Of a DNA stretch of 19,872 nucleotides, positions 14,408 to 19,872 are shown one piece after another. The first letter of the stretch is position 1, and each line of letters begins with the position of its first letter. The DNA comes from Halobacteriaceae archaeon (GTDB lineage: Archaea > Halobacteriota > Halobacteria > Halobacteriales > Halobacteriaceae): the NCBI GenBank assembly GCA_042216675.1, contig JBDGTS010000048.1, positions 1 to 19,872 on the forward strand, read 5' to 3'. Position numbers and translations under genes: made by a program. The notes under the pieces are model-generated. The model had not been told where the DNA came from and ran no database searches. It worked only from the letters and a program-made list of their open reading frames with translations.

Positions 14408-16435
14408 CTATCCCACCACCATCCACGTCGCCAGCGCGACGGTCGAGAGGATGACGACGAACTTGACGCCGCTCATCACGTCCGCGTCCCTGATGTAGCC
14501 GCTGATGAACCCCGAGAGGACGGCCTGAATCGTCACCGCGTGGAAGAAGAGCAGCGAGAGCAGGTTCGTGTCGATGCCGCTACTGAGCGACGCCGCGCCC
14601 GCGCCTGCCGCCTGCCCGCCGGACCCGCTGCTCTGCGAGGAGAGGCCCGCCATCACGTCGAGGAACTGCGTCTTGAGAATCGCCATCACGGCCAGCAGGG
14701 TGAAGTACGTCATCAGGATGATGACCACCTGCATCCGCGTTCGGGACTTGCGCTCTCGCTCCACGTCGTCCTGATTCTCGCTCGCCTGCGCCGCCGTCGT
14801 CAGCACTGCCGTGATCTGGCTCGACGCCTCCTGTGCCTTGCTGATGAGCTTCACCGTCCGGGCCAGCCGCGGGATGTGGTACTTGTTGTTGAACTCCACG
14901 AGCGCCTCCCGCAGACTCATCCCGTACTCGACTTTCGCGTACATGATTTCGAACTCCTCGCCGAGTTTGCCCGACGTGGTGTCCGAGACGGTTCGAATCG
15001 ACTCCAGCAGGGTGAGCCCGGTGTCGTTCGCGCTCGATAGCTTTCGGAGGTTGTCCGATAGCTTCGAGATGATGCGGCGCCGCGAGCGCAGATTCCACTG
15101 GCGGAACACCGCCAACGGCACCCCGATGACGTATATGGGGACGTAGACGTAGACGAACGTCCCCCACACCGGTTGGTCCACCATCCCGCCCCACGACGTG
15201 GGCGCCCGGCCGCTGAGGGCGGCGCCGCCCACCAGCACCATCGCCAGCGGCACCGTCAGGCCGAGCGTGAACAGCGGATGGTCGCGGAAGAAGATGTGTG
15301 GGCGGCGCAGAATCTGTCTGACTTCGTACGCGCCCTCGCGGCGGCGCACCCGATTGAACACCGAGTACTCGCCGACGAAGCGGTTCACGAGCCCCATCCC
15401 GAGCAGTCCGGTCTCGCCGGCCGACTCCGAGGTGCCCTCGTCGGGGTGGAGGTAGCCGTCGCCGGGTTCGTCCTGTTTCACCGTCGAAATCATCACGAGG
15501 AACCCCCCGCCAGTCAGGGGAATCAGGGCGTAGACGGTGCCGTACAGGAGGCGCTGGTCGGCCTGTCCCAGCATGCTCATGATGACGAGGATGATGATGA
15601 GAAGCAGCGGGAACAAGGAGAGCGTCATGTACATCTCGCCGAACAGTTCGAGCGTCTCCAGCGAGCGCTCCTGTTCCTGCTGGGCGGTTCGCATGTGCTT
15701 TTCTTTCTTGTCGTAGAGGAAGTCGGTCATGTCCCCGCCGCTGTTGATGATGGAGAGCATGTCCGTGAGGAACTGCGAGAGTTCGTCGCTGGGCGTCTCC
15801 ATCGCCTGATTCCGGATGGCGGTCCGGTAGTCGGTGTCGAAGTACTCCGTCTCCTGCACGACGGTGCGGAACTCCTGTGACACTTCGCCGTACGTGTCGT
15901 CGGCCCGCGCCATCGCCTCCAGAATCTCCAGTTGGTTCAGCCCGCCCACCGAGAGGGCGTACATGAAGGAGACGGCGTCGGGGAGGAGCATGTTTATCTC
16001 CCGCTTTCGGCTCGACGCCTTCGAGTACGGAATGAGGACCATCGTCCCGAACCCGCCGAGGAACCCGACGGCCCCGAGGATGAGGCCGCTGACGAACACG
16101 AGTGCTGGCACCTTCGCCGCCTCGACGAGTTGCAGGAGCGTCTCGTTCCGAATCGGGATGCCGAGTGAGACGTCCCCGACGACGCCCGTCGCGAAGAGGA
16201 CGTAGCCGAGGAACAGGCCCAACACCCAGAGGACGCCCCCGACGACCAGTCCCAGCGCCAGCGACTTCGAGAGGTACAGTTCCGCCGTGTCGGAGATGCG
16301 CGCCTGCGACAGTTTCGTCTCCACGTCCGCAACGAAGTCGCTGTCGTCGCCGAACAGCGCGTCGTACACCGGGTAGAACGCGTCGGCGACGCGTTCCGTG
16401 CCGCTCCCGCTGAACTCGCCTGCGCCGTGACTCAT
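14408..16435 (-). CDS. pilC: Type IV pilus membrane platform protein (PilC / FlaJ-TadC / T2SS-F family), 675 aa
   Basis: Two T2SS-F-like cytoplasmic domains (LPDAVSFMYALSVGG...; LSDNLRKLSSANDTGLTL...) separated by TM bundles. ATGA overlap with the pilB stop. Confidence 0.93.
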   Translation of the reverse strand: MSHGAGEFSGSGTERVADAFYPVYDALFGDDSDFVADVETKLSQARISDTAELYLSKSLALGLVVGGVLWVLGLFLGYVLFATGVVGDVSLGIPIRNETLLQLVEAAKVPALVFVSGLILGAVGFLGGFGTMVLIPYSKASSRKREINMLLPDAVSFMYALSVGGLNQLEILEAMARADDTYGEVSQEFRTVVQETEYFDTDYRTAIRNQAMETPSDELSQFLTDMLSIINSGGDMTDFLYDKKEKHMRTAQQEQERSLETLELFGEMYMTLSLFPLLLIIILVIMSMLGQADQRLLYGTVYALIPLTGGGFLVMISTVKQDEPGDGYLHPDEGTSESAGETGLLGMGLVNRFVGEYSVFNRVRRREGAYEVRQILRRPHIFFRDHPLFTLGLTVPLAMVLVGGAALSGRAPTSWGGMVDQPVWGTFVYVYVPIYVIGVPLAVFRQWNLRSRRRIISKLSDNLRKLSSANDTGLTLLESIRTVSDTTSGKLGEEFEIMYAKVEYGMSLREALVEFNNKYHIPRLARTVKLISKAQEASSQITAVLTTAAQASENQDDVERERKSRTRMQVVIILMTYFTLLAVMAILKTQFLDVMAGLSSQSSGSGGQAAGAGAASLSSGIDTNLLSLLFFHAVTIQAVLSGFISGYIRDADVMSGVKFVVILSTVALATWMVVG

Positions 16436-19209
16436 ATCTCTTCGTCGTCGTCCTCGTCAGTTTCGAACTCGACGCCCTCGAACATCCCGAACTCGTCGTC
16501 CTCGCTCTCGGCATCGGCCCCCCAGTCGTCGTCTACTTCGCCGTCGTCGCCCCACTCTCCCCTTCCGAACTCGTCCTCGACGTCTTCGGACTCCTCCTCG
16601 CCCGGACCGAGCGCGGGCGGTTCCGACTCTTCCTCCCCGAGTTCCGGGTGTTCGCCGTCCGGGAGTTCTTCGGCGTCCATCGGTTCATCGACGACCACGT
16701 CCTCGTCCGGTTCCGTCCCGCTGACGGCGAACGCGATGTCGGCTTCGTTGCCCACGTAGTCGTCGAGCAGGCGCCCTTGGGCCTCCTCCAACACGGCGTC
16801 CACCTCCTCTTGCACGTCGGCGGTTGGGTCGGGCCGGGGCACCATCGCCTCCTTCTCGGGGTCCACGTCGATGAGGACGCTCTCCATCCCGCGCAAGTCT
16901 TCGAGGCTCTCGCCGAGGCTGTCGTTGGCGATGAGGGTGAGAATCGTCTCCGGGTCGTTGATGAACGCCTGCACGGTCGCGGCCACCTGCGCGTAGTCGT
17001 TGAGGCCCTCGTCGATGAGGTAGGCCAGCACCACCTGTCGCTTGAACAGCTCCGCGTCGAGCTCCTCCCGGGACCAGCCCCGGTCGAACATGATTTCGTC
17101 GAGCGTGTTCGACGCCGGCTGCTGCTGGAACTCGTCGCGTTCTGGCTGCCACTCGAACACGTCCTGCACGTTGATTTCGTCGTTTTCGGCGTCGTAGTGA
17201 TTGATTTCGGTGAGGACGCTGTTCCGTCGCACCTTGTTTCCCCCGACGCGGGTCTGTCGCTGGATGGACACCAGGTCGAGCGCCGTGAACAGCGTCTTCG
17301 AGACGTTGATGGGGTCGGTCGTGAACCGCTTGAGGACCTCGCCCACCGAGTCGGCGTGGAACGTCGTGTACGTCGTGTGCCCGGTCGACATGACCTGAAA
17401 CAGCGTCCGCCCCTCCTCGCCACGCACCTCGCCCATCACGATGTAGTCGGGGCGCTGGCGGAGGGCGGCCTCGAGCAAGTCGAACTCGTCCACGTCACCG
17501 GCGTCCTCCTCCCCGAAGGAGGGCCGCGTGACGGAGGCAATCCAGTTGCGCTGTGGCAGTTCCACTTCGCGCGTGTCCTCGATGGAGACGATTTTCGTGT
17601 TCGAGGGGATGAACAGCGAGACGGCGTTGAGGCTCGTCGTCTTCCCCGACGCGGTGCCGCCTGCGAAGATGAGCGACTTGTTGTTCTCGATGCAGAGCCA
17701 CAGGAACGCCATCTCCTCCAGCGAGAACGTCTTCCAGTTGATGAGGTCGATGGGCGTGAACGGGACGTCCTTGAACTGGCGGATGGTGTAGTTGGTCCCG
17801 TGGTCCGAGACCTCCCGGCCGAGGGTGAGTTGCGCGCGCGACCCGTCGGGCAGGGTAGCGTCGACCTGTGGCTGGCGCTTCGAGATGCCCTTGCCCGATC
17901 GCTGGGCGAGTTTGACCACGAAGTCGTCCAGGCTCTCGCGGCCGTGTTCGACGTTGGTGATGATCTGCTCGTGGTCGGTGTGGTAGACGAACACCGGCGA
18001 GTTGTAGCCGTCACACGAGATGTCCTCGACGTTGATGTCGTGTTTGATGCCGTCGATTCGCTCGTAGCCGATGAAGTCCCGCTTGAGGAGGTAGAGCAGT
18101 TTCTCGACCTGATACTGGGAGAGGGTGTCCGCGTCTTCCTCGATGAGCGCGGGTTCGGGCCGGGCGCTCAGCCCCTCGATGCCCGTCGCTGCCCCCTCTT
18201 CCGCGGCCTCGCCGCGGCCGAGCATGTTCAGTAGCCGGTCCACGAAGTTCTGCTCGCCCTGCACCGGTCCCTCGTAGAGGTCGTAGCGTTCGAGGAGGCG
18301 CCGCGTCTCCTGTTCGATGACGTCGCGTCGCTCCTGTTCGTCGCCTTCGACGACGACTTCCTCGCTGGCGTACTTGATGGCGGCCCGCAGTTTCTCGATG
18401 AGGAACTCCCGCAGGTCGCTCTCGATGGGCGTCTGATGCGGTTCGACGAGGTAGTACTTCGTCTCGTTCTCCTTGATGGACCGGAACAGCATCACGAACG
18501 CGTAGGGCTTGTTCGTCCAGTAGCGCTCGATCTCCCGGAAGTGGGTCTTCTTGGCTATCGGGACTGCCTTCTCGAGGTCGTAGCGGTTCGTGATGGTCGT
18601 CCGCCCGTCAGGCATCGAGAAGAACGCGTCCTCGTCGATTTCTTCGTTGACGTCGACGGTTCGTTCGTCCACCACGTCCGCGAGTTCGCTGGCGACGTTC
18701 TCGGCGTTCGAGAGGACGCCCGCCGTGTCCTCGGGGGCGAAGTCGAGGTAGTCCGTCGGGTCGAAGGGAACCACCTCGCCGTCGCTCGTCGGTCTGCTGG
18801 CGTCGTCCCGGTAGTAGTACTCGAACTTGAAGTGCTCCCACGTCCATTCACCCTTGACGACGGGCGTCGTCTCGGGGTCGGCGTAGTCCAGAAAGGCGTC
18901 CCAAAGCCCCTTGCCCACCGACGCGGCCACCTCGACGCGGCCCGGCACCTCGTCGGGGTGGAAGTCGAGATGCTCCTCGGGGTCGAAGTCGACCCGCTCC
19001 CAGTCCTCGCCAGCGGGGACGCCGTCACCGGGTTCGATGTCGGGACTCCGGTAGAGGGCGTCGATTTCGCCGCCGTACCCGTACTCGTCCATGAAGTCGG
19101 CCCACGTGTACGACCCTACGGCCGCGGGCCCCTCGCCCCCCTCAGCGGCGTCGTCTGAGGTCTCCCCGGGGACCTCCCGTTCACCGCTGTCGGCCTGATC
19201 GGTAGCCAT
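16432..19209 (-). CDS. pilB: Type IV pilus assembly ATPase (PilB / FlaI / VirB11-like), 925 aa
   Basis: Walker A GGTASGKTT, Asp box SIEDTRE, ALRQRPD, Walker B YIVMGEVRG, His box TGH...TFHA, and EDISCDG. Confidence 0.96.
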   Translation of the reverse strand: MATDQADSGEREVPGETSDDAAEGGEGPAAVGSYTWADFMDEYGYGGEIDALYRSPDIEPGDGVPAGEDWERVDFDPEEHLDFHPDEVPGRVEVAASVGKGLWDAFLDYADPETTPVVKGEWTWEHFKFEYYYRDDASRPTSDGEVVPFDPTDYLDFAPEDTAGVLSNAENVASELADVVDERTVDVNEEIDEDAFFSMPDGRTTITNRYDLEKAVPIAKKTHFREIERYWTNKPYAFVMLFRSIKENETKYYLVEPHQTPIESDLREFLIEKLRAAIKYASEEVVVEGDEQERRDVIEQETRRLLERYDLYEGPVQGEQNFVDRLLNMLGRGEAAEEGAATGIEGLSARPEPALIEEDADTLSQYQVEKLLYLLKRDFIGYERIDGIKHDINVEDISCDGYNSPVFVYHTDHEQIITNVEHGRESLDDFVVKLAQRSGKGISKRQPQVDATLPDGSRAQLTLGREVSDHGTNYTIRQFKDVPFTPIDLINWKTFSLEEMAFLWLCIENNKSLIFAGGTASGKTTSLNAVSLFIPSNTKIVSIEDTREVELPQRNWIASVTRPSFGEEDAGDVDEFDLLEAALRQRPDYIVMGEVRGEEGRTLFQVMSTGHTTYTTFHADSVGEVLKRFTTDPINVSKTLFTALDLVSIQRQTRVGGNKVRRNSVLTEINHYDAENDEINVQDVFEWQPERDEFQQQPASNTLDEIMFDRGWSREELDAELFKRQVVLAYLIDEGLNDYAQVAATVQAFINDPETILTLIANDSLGESLEDLRGMESVLIDVDPEKEAMVPRPDPTADVQEEVDAVLEEAQGRLLDDYVGNEADIAFAVSGTEPDEDVVVDEPMDAEELPDGEHPELGEEESEPPALGPGEEESEDVEDEFGRGEWGDDGEVDDDWGADAESEDDEFGMFEGVEFETDEDDDEEI

Positions 19210-19384
19210 TAGCCCTTACTCCCGTCTGGTGCCAAAAAACCTTGCGGCCTACCGGGTGAAAAAATCCCCAGACATTTCGGGGAAGGAACCAGTTCGGCGA
19301 CTTCATACCTCCGGGCGACCGGCCCGTGCGGGGCCGTCACACCGGCGCCAGTACGCACTTCACGCTGGCCGCGGACTCGGGAGC

Positions 19385-19666
19385 ATGGCCGACGACTCAG
19401 AGACGGTCCGCGTCTGGCTCGTCGAACGGACGTACTCCGACGACGAGCAGAACATGATCATCCTCACCTACGCCACGACCGAAGGTGACCGCTACTTCCG
19501 GAAGGAACGCGCGCTCACGTCCTTCGACGACGTGCGCGACACGACGGCGGCCGTCGAGGTGGCCCCCCACAACCTCGGCACCGTCGAGGAGAAGACGCGC
19601 CGGGAGCAGTACGCTGCCGAGGCCGAGCGGATGCGCGGCCAGCACGCCCCCGACGACGTGATTTGA
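19385..19666 (+). CDS. Small hypothetical protein (93 aa)
   Basis: ATG 19385. Acidic sequence VRVWLVERTYSDDEQNMIILTYAT..., C/G-ending codons, divergent from pilB. Confidence 0.8.
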   Translation: MADDSETVRVWLVERTYSDDEQNMIILTYATTEGDRYFRKERALTSFDDVRDTTAAVEVAPHNLGTVEEKTRREQYAAEAERMRGQHAPDDVI

Positions 19667-19671
19667 GCCCC

Positions 19672-19855
19672 GGCGTGGCGGGACCGAGCGAACGCGAAGC
19701 GCTCACGAAGGTCGCCACGGCCGCGACCGAGCGACACGAGGAGGGGGCGCGGGGGGATTCGAACCAGCGCAAGACGGTCGCTTCGCGGTGCTCAGCGCTG
19801 CGTCTTGCAGGGTTCAGGAATCTGCCATGCCGGTTCGCTCACTTCGTTCGCTGCA
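19672..19855 (-). repeat. tRNA-linked trailer with multiple direct and inverted copies of the tRNA 3' end
   Basis: Direct copies at 19745-19765 (14/16 identical over 19745-19760, then GAACC) and 19672-19683 (12/12). Inverted copies at 19811-19831 and 19713-19719. Hairpins GCAAGACG/CGTCTTGC (19769-19808) and GAGCG/CGCTC (19686-19704). Confidence 0.75.
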
Positions 19856-19872
19856 CGGGCGTGGCGGGATTC
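19856..19872 (-). tRNA. 3' end of a tRNA extending beyond the window, probably tRNA-Arg
   Basis: Reverse complement reads GAATCCCGCCACGCCCG: T-loop end, T-stem, acceptor 3' strand and discriminator G. The anticodon is outside the window, so the Arg identity rests on my recollection of haloarchaeal tRNA-Arg ends. Confidence 0.6.

Noticed and set aside
122-19158. Many long overlapping Arg/Pro-rich or antisense ORFs (for example 427-1899, 1445-2878, 3476-4837, 14580-16514, 16648-18234)
   Set aside because: These are expected stop-poor shadow frames in high-GC DNA. They have non-halophilic composition, no motifs, and overlap better-supported genes.
14408-19209. Archaellum motor genes arlI/arlJ
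   Set aside because: No archaellin, arlH or che genes are adjacent, and the downstream genes are pilin-like.
1-19872. Whole window as a tRNA-anchored genomic island or provirus
   Set aside because: The two ends are different tRNAs, the 3'-end duplicates lie within 200 bp of their own tRNA, and I recognised no integrase, transposase or viral gene.
19672-19872. CRISPR array
   Set aside because: Repeats are 12-21 bp, degenerate, unevenly spaced (74 and 112 bp) and derived from a tRNA end. No cas genes are present.

Overview
High-GC window encoding mostly acidic proteins, consistent with a haloarchaeon (class Halobacteria; inference). Both ends are tRNA 3' ends pointing inward: tRNA-Ala(GGC) on + at the left edge and a tRNA (probably Arg) on - at the right edge. 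Each is followed by a structured trailer that repeats the tRNA's own 3' end in direct and inverted orientation. The left half (0.2-8 kb) is an accessory carbohydrate and signalling block: a Tat-exported beta-helix protein, an atypical LDH/MDH-family dehydrogenase, a GH43-like propeller, a Hanks-type pseudokinase coupled to a 7-TM protein, and a GH28 hydrolase. The middle holds a 2-TM hypothetical protein, a 46-aa CxxC/CxxC zinc-finger micro-protein missing from the ORF track, and a PadR/RosR-like regulator. The right half (9.6-19.2 kb) is an archaeal type IV pilus locus: PilB ATPase, PilC, five co-oriented class III signal-peptide pilins and a convergent large adhesin-like pilin. I recognised no integrase, transposase or CRISPR array. 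All calls come from reading motifs by eye; no searches were run.
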